From positions 1 to 54,477 of the IMG/VR virus record IMGVR_UViG_3300037313_000433: 54,477 nucleotides of DNA; one strand, 5' to 3'. Both the position numbers and the translations under genes were made by a program. Below are positions 26,809 to 34,031 of this stretch, piece after piece. This stretch comes from a virus. The notes under the pieces were generated by a model. It did no database searches and was not told the DNA's origin. It saw nothing but the letters and a program-made list of their open reading frames with translations. How positions within the stretch are numbered: the stretch's first letter is position 1; the number at the start of each line of letters is the position of its first letter.

Positions 26809-27576
26809 TCAGTCGGTGACGGTGAAACCGGCAGCCATCTTCGTGTTGCGCTCGACAGGCCCAAGGGCATCAAATTCCGCGCGCGTCATTGTCTTGGCAC
26901 CGGCGGTGGCGCTCTCGTTGCCAGGCTTGCCGCCGCCGCCAGAATGACCATTGCCCTTGAGGATGCTGGCCTTTTGCGGGTAGGCGTCGACAAGGATCTC
27001 AAGCGCTTCGTCGAAGTCAGCCAGTTCACCGGGACGAGCCTTGGAATAGATCTTGTTGCCGGCCTGATCGTGTCCAACAACCTTGCCGTCCTCACGCTTG
27101 AAGTTCTTCTCGAATCGGCTTTGGACGAAGTCGGCCGGGATAGCGAGTTTCTCTGCGGCGAACTTTGACCGGGCGAATGACCCGCCGATCATCTCGTTGT
27201 CGAGCAGCGTCTTCAGGTCGTCACGCTCCTTCAGGACGGGAGCATATTTCTCCTCGATCGCCTTGATGGCTTCGGCCTTAACCTTCTCCACCTCGCCAGC
27301 ATCGATCAACTTCTTGTCATCGATCGTCTTGAGCTTGGAAATCGCGTCCTTTGCTGCGGCTGCATCGAGACCTTCGAAGGCCTTCAATGCGGCCTCAGCG
27401 ACCTCCTTGCCTTCGCGGTGTGTTTTGGCTTCGGCATTCAGGCGCGAAATCGTCGCTGCGGTGCCGGGAGCATCGAATGCGACTTCCTTGCCGTCATCCG
27501 TTGTATAGACGGGCTTGCCGTCCTGGATTTCGGCGTATTGCTTGCCATCGGCTGCGGTGAAGAGTTTGAGTTTCAT
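26809..27576 (-). CDS. scaffolding protein
   Basis: Lys/Glu/Ala-rich helical protein between the portal and coat genes; ATG (MKLKLF) chosen. Confidence 0.5.
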   Translation of the reverse strand: MKLKLFTAADGKQYAEIQDGKPVYTTDDGKEVAFDAPGTAATISRLNAEAKTHREGKEVAEAALKAFEGLDAAAAKDAISKLKTIDDKKLIDAGEVEKVKAEAIKAIEEKYAPVLKERDDLKTLLDNEMIGGSFARSKFAAEKLAIPADFVQSRFEKNFKREDGKVVGHDQAGNKIYSKARPGELADFDEALEILVDAYPQKASILKGNGHSGGGGKPGNESATAGAKTMTRAEFDALGPVERNTKMAAGFTVTD

Positions 27577-27721
27577 GGCTGGTCTTTCTCGGGCATCCAC
27601 CCGTTGCTATGGAGCATCCGCTCCGTTCGCCCGTCCGCATCCGCTCGCGGGCATGAGGTATCGCGCCGCCGGGATGATGTCGGCGACGTTGGAAACCGCA
27701 CTGGCGGTCAAATCTGTGGGA

Positions 27722-29257
27722 TTACGCGGCCTTCGGCTGCGGGGGTGTCTGTTGCGGCTGCGGCGCTCCGCCCGTCAAGCTTGCGGCCAGTTCTTCATCT
27801 GATGGTTCGGATGGCATCTCATCGATGATCGCTTGCTCTTCATCGTCCGCATCGAACTCGGGCGACAGGATATTGCGTCGGCGCATCTCGGCCCAGAGCG
27901 TGCGTTGAGACAGATCGCCGTCTTCGCGCATCTTCAGCAGCGTGTCCGGCCCCTTCTCATCGTTCGGATCAAGATCAAAATCGTCATGCACCAGCACTTC
28001 CGGCTCAACGGTCTCCCGGAGCCACATGGCTGTGATCTTCATCGCGTTTTCCAGAGCGTCGCGAAGATTGAGCGCCCAAGCCTGGATCGCGCTGTTGCCC
28101 TTCTGCGCCGCAAAGGCGGTCGTGACCACAGTCAGGTTGCCGGTCTGCGCTGTCAGCGGTTGGCGGCCAAGCTCGCGAAGCTGCTGCTCGGTCTGCTTGA
28201 TATCGTCGGCCAGGAACTTCAAGGATTCAGCCGACGGCTCGATGAATGTCCATTGCCCGGGCCGGCCCTCACTGCTGGCAGGCGCATAGAGAACTGATTT
28301 GGGGCCGACAGGAACCGGTACAGGCTTGCCATCTGCGCCCATCTGCGGCGTGACGCCATTGCCAGCGAGCATCGGGAAGCACGTCAGTTCCTTGGCATAT
28401 TTCAGGCCGCTTTCCTGCTGGTAGTGCTCGATCTGCAGGAAGGCAGCGTCCTTTAGCGGAGGTGTCAGACGCCAGGAATGCCCAAGCCGGCGACCAGTGA
28501 TGAACGGCACCAATGGGATTATGCCGATCGAGAGCAGCCCCGCACCCTTCTCTATCCAGCGTTCGGCGACACTCCCGACAGCATCGACCTTCTCCAGAAC
28601 CTGCCATGTTGCCGGTGCCGCGCTGATTGCCTCGCCGTTGCCGTCATATGTCACGACGCGGTTCAGGATCCGGACGCGCTCGACAGTCTTCTCGCCATAG
28701 CCATCACGCTCTGTCGTGTCTTCCTTGATGCGTGCATGCACGAAGACTTCCACGCCGCCGATCATCTCGGAATAGATGGCCAGCAAATTGCCGCACGGCA
28801 CTGGCACCCAATACGGCCGGGCACCGATCCGCTGCTCATCGGCCTGCGTCGCGTTCGGCGGCACATTCTTCGTGTAATCAATCAGGATCCAGTCGATCGC
28901 ATAGGCGATGCCACGGAAGAAGCAGTTGGCAGCGAACACGTGGATATGATCGCCCTGCCCTGAAATATCCTCCGCGAGCGTCTTTATCCGGTCTGGCGTG
29001 GTGTCGCCAAGCGTCACTTCCTTCGAGAACGGCTTCGCGGCTAGGTTCTCTACGATGTCCCGGAAAATGTTGGTGAACTTGCCATTCTTCCGGCGGAAAT
29101 CGTAATCGGCGTCAGTCTCATTCGCGAACTTCGGCAGATAGGCCGGGCCAGCTGCCCGCATTGCGTCGGCGCCGCCAAGGATCGTCGCGACCATCTTCCA
29201 ATATGGGGCCATCGCCTCATAATCGGAACTGACGTCGTTCGGCTTCTTTTCAGTCAT
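27722..29257 (-). CDS. portal protein
   Basis: 511 aa directly after the large terminase (shared start/stop base); acidic C-terminus. Confidence 0.7.
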   Translation of the reverse strand: MTEKKPNDVSSDYEAMAPYWKMVATILGGADAMRAAGPAYLPKFANETDADYDFRRKNGKFTNIFRDIVENLAAKPFSKEVTLGDTTPDRIKTLAEDISGQGDHIHVFAANCFFRGIAYAIDWILIDYTKNVPPNATQADEQRIGARPYWVPVPCGNLLAIYSEMIGGVEVFVHARIKEDTTERDGYGEKTVERVRILNRVVTYDGNGEAISAAPATWQVLEKVDAVGSVAERWIEKGAGLLSIGIIPLVPFITGRRLGHSWRLTPPLKDAAFLQIEHYQQESGLKYAKELTCFPMLAGNGVTPQMGADGKPVPVPVGPKSVLYAPASSEGRPGQWTFIEPSAESLKFLADDIKQTEQQLRELGRQPLTAQTGNLTVVTTAFAAQKGNSAIQAWALNLRDALENAMKITAMWLRETVEPEVLVHDDFDLDPNDEKGPDTLLKMREDGDLSQRTLWAEMRRRNILSPEFDADDEEQAIIDEMPSEPSDEELAASLTGGAPQPQQTPPQPKAA

Positions 29258-30801
29258 CAGCGGTTACCATATGTCCCGAATAGAGCCGGCAGTGATTGGG
29301 GCTTGAGAAGGCGTCCAAAGGCGCCGGAAGACGCGTCGACCTGGTCCTTGAACGATCCGCCAGGGAATAGGCAAAGCTCATCAAGGTAATCCTCATTCCA
29401 CTCGCCCTGAACGAGATAGACGTTGCCGGCCTCGCATTGGCTGGAGAACGGTTCCGCTCTCGTGACCTTGTCGCCGGTTTCCGGCTCTGCTTTGACCTTC
29501 CAGCCGGCCAGCATCGAAACCATGTCCTGCGCCTGCACCTTGCCTGCTTGGCCAGGATCTTGCGGAAGGCTGATCTCCACGTCTTTACCGTCGAGCTCGG
29601 CGGTGCCTCTGATCAAAGCGCGCACCTTTTGCCCTTCGTCTTGCGTCTTGACGACATGCCCGACGATAAAGGAGCCATCTGGAGCGCGCCCAAGCTTCAC
29701 ACCTGCTGTTCTCGCGGCGGTGATCTTCTTTGTGGCGGCCAAGTCCCAATGCCTCACCCAAACCGTTCCTGTTGGCGCCTGCCGAATGATCTTGCCGGCG
29801 AACCATTCCCGCTTGAACATGCCGCCTTCGCGGGGAACCGGCCGCTGCTGGTATTGACCGGCATAGGCGTAATCGCCCTTGTCTCGCTTCATTGCGTCCA
29901 CGGCCGCACGCGGGAATCGAACCGGGTCGAGCAGATCGCCATCATGATTCCGCGGATCGGCAAACCCGAGCGCGTTGATCTTGGCACGCTCCGGCTCGAA
30001 CTCCATCGGGAGCATGAGATGCGTATAGCCCATGCCCATCTTGAGGATCGTGCCCGAGACGTCATCTTCGTGCAGCCGCTGCATGATCACGACGATTGCA
30101 GATTTCTCCAGATCGTTGATGCGGTCTGTGGCGCCCTCACGAAATTTGCGCGTTGTCGCCTGCCGCTCTGCCGCTGATTCCGCTGTTTCCGTCGAATGCG
30201 GATCGTCGATTATCAGCCTGTCACCACGTTGTGACGTCAGAGACCCGAAGGCGACGCCCTCACGCGTCCCCGTGTCTGCATTGGCGAAGCTCGTCTCACC
30301 TGCGCGGATAAGCCTGACCTCGGGCCAGAGCGATTGATACCATTCCGACCTGATCAGATCACGGCACTTGCGAGTGTCGCGCGTCACCGGGCCGTCGTTG
30401 AAGGCCGTGGTCAGATATCGCATCGATCGCAGATGCGGGAACGTCCATTCCCAAGCCGGCCAGATCACAGACGTCGTCAGCGACTTCGATGATCCAGGTG
30501 GAACGTTCATCAGCAGCCGGTTTATCTTGCCTGCTGTAACCGCCTCCAGGTGCTCGCATATCGCGTCAAGGTGCCAGTTCCATACAAGAGTGGCCCTCGG
30601 CTCGAGAACGCGCCACGCCTCTTTCATGAACCCGGAAAGCGTCTTGCACTTCGCCCGGATGCGCTCGGCATCTTTGGCAATGCGCTCGCGCTCGCGGTCA
30701 GCCGCTCTCTTCGCTTCCTCCGCTAGGATCGCCTTCATCATCGCCGCTGGGTCCACCGGCAAGAGGACCGAAGATAGCTTTGAGTGCTGCAAGGTGCTCA
30801 T
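29257..30801 (-). CDS. terL: terminase large subunit
   Basis: Walker A-like NVPPGSSKS, LIIDDPHS Walker B-like, C-terminal nuclease region; the start may be internal (MMKAIL). Confidence 0.85.
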   Translation of the reverse strand: MSTLQHSKLSSVLLPVDPAAMMKAILAEEAKRAADRERERIAKDAERIRAKCKTLSGFMKEAWRVLEPRATLVWNWHLDAICEHLEAVTAGKINRLLMNVPPGSSKSLTTSVIWPAWEWTFPHLRSMRYLTTAFNDGPVTRDTRKCRDLIRSEWYQSLWPEVRLIRAGETSFANADTGTREGVAFGSLTSQRGDRLIIDDPHSTETAESAAERQATTRKFREGATDRINDLEKSAIVVIMQRLHEDDVSGTILKMGMGYTHLMLPMEFEPERAKINALGFADPRNHDGDLLDPVRFPRAAVDAMKRDKGDYAYAGQYQQRPVPREGGMFKREWFAGKIIRQAPTGTVWVRHWDLAATKKITAARTAGVKLGRAPDGSFIVGHVVKTQDEGQKVRALIRGTAELDGKDVEISLPQDPGQAGKVQAQDMVSMLAGWKVKAEPETGDKVTRAEPFSSQCEAGNVYLVQGEWNEDYLDELCLFPGGSFKDQVDASSGAFGRLLKPQSLPALFGTYGNR

Positions 30802-31081
30802 CCGAAGCGTTGGTCAGGTCGACGGTCTGCATCTGCATCGGGCCACCTTTGGGGCCGCTGTGCTGAACAGATGCGAGCTTTGCGTGCATGTAAGGGGCGG
30901 CGTCCTTGGCGATCGATGCAGCGGCATCCCAATCCTTCTCTTCCGCATGCTTGCGCATTGCCTTCAGCATGACCTCCAGCGGCGTCAGGCCGTCCCGTGA
31001 TGCTTTGTCCGCGATCGCCCTGGTTTTCTTTGTAGCGGCCCCTCTGGGGCGCCCTGCACCCTTCCGACTGCCACCGCGCAT
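30698..31081 (-). CDS. terS: terminase small subunit
   Basis: MRGGSRKGAGRPRGAATKKT...GLTPLEVMLKAMR...AAPYMHAKLA is typical of small terminases upstream of terL. Confidence 0.65.
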   Translation of the reverse strand: MRGGSRKGAGRPRGAATKKTRAIADKASRDGLTPLEVMLKAMRKHAEEKDWDAAASIAKDAAPYMHAKLASVQHSGPKGGPMQMQTVDLTNASDEHLAALKAIFGPLAGGPSGDDEGDPSGGSEESG

Positions 31082-31106
31082 GATTTGATTTCCGGTTTGA
31101 TTAATT

Positions 31107-31283
31107 TCAAACGCCTATGAGGACGATCAGCTTCAGCACGACCAGCACGATGGCGATAGCCGAGATCGCATAGACGCCCCACTCGCGGAGATCGCCATCA
31201 AGGAAGCTTGCCTTGCGCACCAGCAGAATCAGCAGCCCGGCGACGAGCAGGATGATCACCACTGAGATCAGGATCGATTGCAT
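31107..31283 (-). CDS. 58-aa two-TM membrane peptide (below the ORF-track size cut-off)
   Basis: GAGGAG RBS; MQSILISVVIILLVAGLLILLVRK...YAISAIAIVLVVLKLIVLIGV. Confidence 0.5.
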   Translation of the reverse strand: MQSILISVVIILLVAGLLILLVRKASFLDGDLREWGVYAISAIAIVLVVLKLIVLIGV

Positions 31284-31294
31284 GGCAATTCTCC

Positions 31295-31552
31295 TCAGTT
31301 ACCGCACGCTGGCGCCATGACGATCGCCGTATGCAGCTTTCCGTCCTTGCCGACGTAGACGACCGAGGCGACGACATATCTCGCACAGGACTGCTTTGTG
31401 GCGACAGGAGATGTTTCCTGTACTGGCTTGTCAGGGTGAGTGGCGGCGTGGGCTGGCCATGCTGCAATGATTGCTGGGATAATCACCAGCCACAGGACGA
31501 TAACAGGAATGAAGCCATCGGCTCTGATCTGGGCGATTAGTATCTTTATCAT
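31295..31552 (-). CDS. 85-aa membrane/secreted protein
   Basis: TM/signal-like GFIPVIVLWLVIIPAIIAAWPAHA; ATGA-coupled to the upstream mini-ORF. Confidence 0.5.
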   Translation of the reverse strand: MIKILIAQIRADGFIPVIVLWLVIIPAIIAAWPAHAATHPDKPVQETSPVATKQSCARYVVASVVYVGKDGKLHTAIVMAPACGN

Positions 31553-31683
31553 CGCCGCACCTTCTTCTTGAAGACCAGCACCGGCCCTCGAATGTATGTG
31601 TGGGCCGTGACGTTGTTTGCCTTGCAGTAGGCCATTAGCTTGACGAGCATGGCTTCGAAACGAGGGTCTCGGCTCGGGCTCAT
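31549..31683 (-). CDS. 44-aa mini-ORF (candidate)
   Basis: ATGA overlaps at both ends. Confidence 0.35.
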   Translation of the reverse strand: MSPSRDPRFEAMLVKLMAYCKANNVTAHTYIRGPVLVFKKKVRR

Positions 31684-31796
31684 ATCCGGCCAGCGCCTTC
31701 TATCGCTCGATCAAAAAGGCTTTTGAGCAAGATGATCGGCGAACAGAAGCCAGCGATAAAGCCTTGCTTGAATGCTTGCCATTCGGAGGTGTTCAT
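31680..31796 (-). CDS. 38-aa mini-ORF (candidate)
   Basis: ATGA overlaps at both ends. Confidence 0.35.
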   Translation of the reverse strand: MNTSEWQAFKQGFIAGFCSPIILLKSLFDRAIEGAGRI

Positions 31797-31918
31797 CCCA
31801 CCCTCATCCTGAACCGTGGCCATGCGCAGCGGATGCGGACAAGCGCTCGATCTTTCTCGATGCGCCTGAGACGTTCACCGTAGGCTACCATCCTTGCCAG
31901 CCAATGCGTGGAGTTCAT
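31793..31918 (-). CDS. 41-aa mini-ORF (candidate)
   Basis: ATG at 31918 just after the tRNA terminator; ATGA-coupled to the next ORF. Confidence 0.3.
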   Translation of the reverse strand: MNSTHWLARMVAYGERLRRIEKDRALVRIRCAWPRFRMRVG

Positions 31919-31936
31919 GGCGTCACCCGCTGGTGA

Positions 31937-31969
31937 AATGAAAAGCCCGACACCTTGCGAGTGCCGGGC
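31937..31969 (-). terminator. rho-independent terminator downstream of the tRNA pair
   Basis: Minus strand reads GCCCGGCAC TCGCAAG GTGTCGGGC followed by TTTTCATTT. Confidence 0.7.
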
Positions 31970-31979
31970 TGTGGATAGG

Positions 31980-32071
31980 CGCGAGGCGGGGAGTCGAACC
32001 CCAACTGGCTGGCCAAGCCAAAACCCTCCAGTGCATTTAAACTGGCGCTCTCCCACGTGAGCTACACTCGC
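31980..32071 (-). tRNA. aberrant tRNA-like gene: canonical D- and T-arms, apparent 8-nt anticodon loop (UUAAAUGC), ~24-nt extra arm, imperfect acceptor stem; isotype not assignable
   Basis: GCGAGTG TA GCTC ACGTGGGA GAGC G CCAGT TTAAATGC ACTGG AGGGTTTTGGCTTGGCCAGCCAGT TGGGG TTCGACT CCCCG CCTCGC. Confidence 0.5.
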
Positions 32072-32075
32072 ATGT

Positions 32076-32151
32076 TGGAGCCGGAAGCCGGATTCGAACC
32101 GACGACATCTTGCTTACAAGGAAAGCGCTCTTCCAACTGAGCTATTCCGGC
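32076..32151 (-). tRNA. tRNA-Thr (anticodon UGU), CCA encoded
   Basis: GCCGGAA TA GCTC AGTTGGAA GAGC G CTTTC CTTGTAA GCAAG ATGTC GTCGG TTCGAAT CCGGC TTCCGGC T CCA; perfect acceptor, one U-C mismatch in the anticodon stem. Confidence 0.85.
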
Positions 32152-32186
32152 GTATCTGCTTTGCCCATGAGGGCGAAACTGTTTTC

Positions 32187-32831
32187 CTATGCCGCAGCCT
32201 TGCGGCGCTTCTCTTCTCGCTGCCGGCGGCGTTTGTTCTGCGTCTCGGCCCAATCAAAATTGCCAAGGTCTGTATCGAAATCACAGCCGAATGTCAGATT
32301 TTCAGGAGAGGCCCAAGATGTGCGCGGCTCTTCGATGTTGACGCAAATATCGCCGATTTCGGCCGCAGTTGGCAACAGGCTCTCGAAGGTTGAAACGTGA
32401 GTAGAATTGCCGTTTACGCTAATATTTTTCTTCAAAATCGAAAAGATTGCACGATCCTTGCGTCTACGGCCTGTTTCTTCGTGAATTCTTTCGTCCTTCC
32501 TGCACCAGACAGAGAACGGCACCCCGCCCGCTTTGGCGATTGCCCAATTGAGCAGGCATCGCCGCTGGCTATCGTTCTCGACCAAACCGACGAGGGTATT
32601 AGCCCGTTCCCATAGGGTGACTTGATCTGGCCTGATTTTCTGCTGGTCGGGATCGAGCCATGCCCATTCCCGCGCCTTCTTGTCTTCGGAATCCCACCCG
32701 TTGATGTCGGCCCAATCGTGAACATAGGGGAGCGACATGGATTTTGCCTTGCTTGGCCCTGCCGAAATGGGCAGGCGCCGATCAATCTCGGCAGCTTGAA
32801 TGAAGAGTTCTTGCACTTCCTCGGCTGTCAT
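32187..32831 (-). CDS. hypothetical protein (214 aa; basic C-terminus; possible late-gene regulator by position)
   Basis: Last protein gene before the tRNAs and packaging genes; ATGA-coupled upstream. Confidence 0.5.
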   Translation of the reverse strand: MTAEEVQELFIQAAEIDRRLPISAGPSKAKSMSLPYVHDWADINGWDSEDKKAREWAWLDPDQQKIRPDQVTLWERANTLVGLVENDSQRRCLLNWAIAKAGGVPFSVWCRKDERIHEETGRRRKDRAIFSILKKNISVNGNSTHVSTFESLLPTAAEIGDICVNIEEPRTSWASPENLTFGCDFDTDLGNFDWAETQNKRRRQREEKRRKAAA

Positions 32832-33286
32832 CCTGCTCTCCTGCGGCGATCATCCAACAAGTCGCCCTGATCAATACCAAAAACACGCTTCACCCGCTCG
32901 TACATTTGGCCGGCCATTGCGCAGCGACGCGGAATGATCCCGTCGAGGTCACGCGCCCAATCCTGAAGCCAGGCGATAGGAAGCCCGTCCACGAACTTAA
33001 ACCACCGTTCCGGATCACCGGGTAGCAGATCGGGGAAATTCCTCTCCACGGCCTTTATGGTGTCTGAGAGCGCCCACATCGTCGGGGCGTCGAGCACCGT
33101 CTTCCTGACATTCGTTTCTTTCCATGTGAGGATGATGAACCGAGCGTGCTCAAAGCCGCGATGGTTGACGATCTTCTGTAGGCTGCGCACCGCTTTCGTC
33201 TGCCCCGGGCGCGGATGGCCGCTCGAGGGGATTACTTCCACCCCGAATTCAGTCAGGATTGCCATGGCCTCGGGACAATCAATCAT
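32828..33286 (-). CDS. hypothetical protein (152 aa)
   Basis: ATGA-coupled ORF. Confidence 0.5.
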   Translation of the reverse strand: MIDCPEAMAILTEFGVEVIPSSGHPRPGQTKAVRSLQKIVNHRGFEHARFIILTWKETNVRKTVLDAPTMWALSDTIKAVERNFPDLLPGDPERWFKFVDGLPIAWLQDWARDLDGIIPRRCAMAGQMYERVKRVFGIDQGDLLDDRRRRAG

Positions 33287-33732
33287 TCAGCCGCCGCCTT
33301 CGCCGCTTCCATCTTTCGCAGCGTGTATAGGATGGTCGAATGATCGCGGTGGAACAGACGGCCCAATTGCGGGAGACTGAGCCGCGGGAAGTTCTCTCTC
33401 ACCTCGACAATCAATTGCTGGCGAGCCTGCCATACCGATTTCTTGCACCTGGAATTGGCGATGATCAGGTCATAGGTCACGCCGAGCTCTGGCGCGCGCT
33501 TTCTCATGTAGGCGGCAGGCCGAGTGCCAAATTCGATATTGTGCCGATACCAATCATCGACATGGGCTGAGAACGAGACCGATTCTGTTTTCCATAGAGG
33601 CGGCGGCGCAGGCGGAGTAATAGTTAGAATGATAGTATTACCGCGTTTCCCGCGCAGTCTGATCCACCGCTCGGCATAGGCGGCGCGCATCTCAGATGTG
33701 TTGGCGTATTGGGTGGCCTTCACCTGGATCAT
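33283..33732 (-). CDS. DnaA domain IV-like helix-turn-helix DNA-binding protein
   Basis: C-terminus SRCKKSVWQARQQLIVEVRENFPRLSLPQLGRLFHRDHSTILYTLRKME resembles the DnaA C-terminal DNA-binding domain. Confidence 0.6.
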   Translation of the reverse strand: MIQVKATQYANTSEMRAAYAERWIRLRGKRGNTIILTITPPAPPPLWKTESVSFSAHVDDWYRHNIEFGTRPAAYMRKRAPELGVTYDLIIANSRCKKSVWQARQQLIVEVRENFPRLSLPQLGRLFHRDHSTILYTLRKMEAAKAAAE

Positions 33733-34031
33733 CCGGCGATCTCCTTCAGCGCCTTCCGGAGCTTCATTTCGACAAAGGCGCGCTTGCCGCTCTTGCTCCG
33801 CGGCTGTGCTGGCAGTTTCACTTGTCCAGGAGAGAGCCGGATGGCTTCTATCCGCTGCTCTGCTTCATATAAGCGACGCCAGGCGAAGCTTTCCGCTTGC
33901 CAGCGGTCATGGAACACCCGGACCTGCCCGCGCTCGTCTGTGACCTTCATTTGGGCGGTCGTCCAGTAAGGTGAGTAGATCGCGACATAGCCCGAGCCGT
34001 TCCATTGGGAGAATGCGTGGGAGGTGTTCAT
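33729..34031 (-). CDS. hypothetical protein (100 aa)
   Basis: ATGA-coupled ORF. Confidence 0.45.
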   Translation of the reverse strand: MNTSHAFSQWNGSGYVAIYSPYWTTAQMKVTDERGQVRVFHDRWQAESFAWRRLYEAEQRIEAIRLSPGQVKLPAQPRSKSGKRAFVEMKLRKALKEIAG

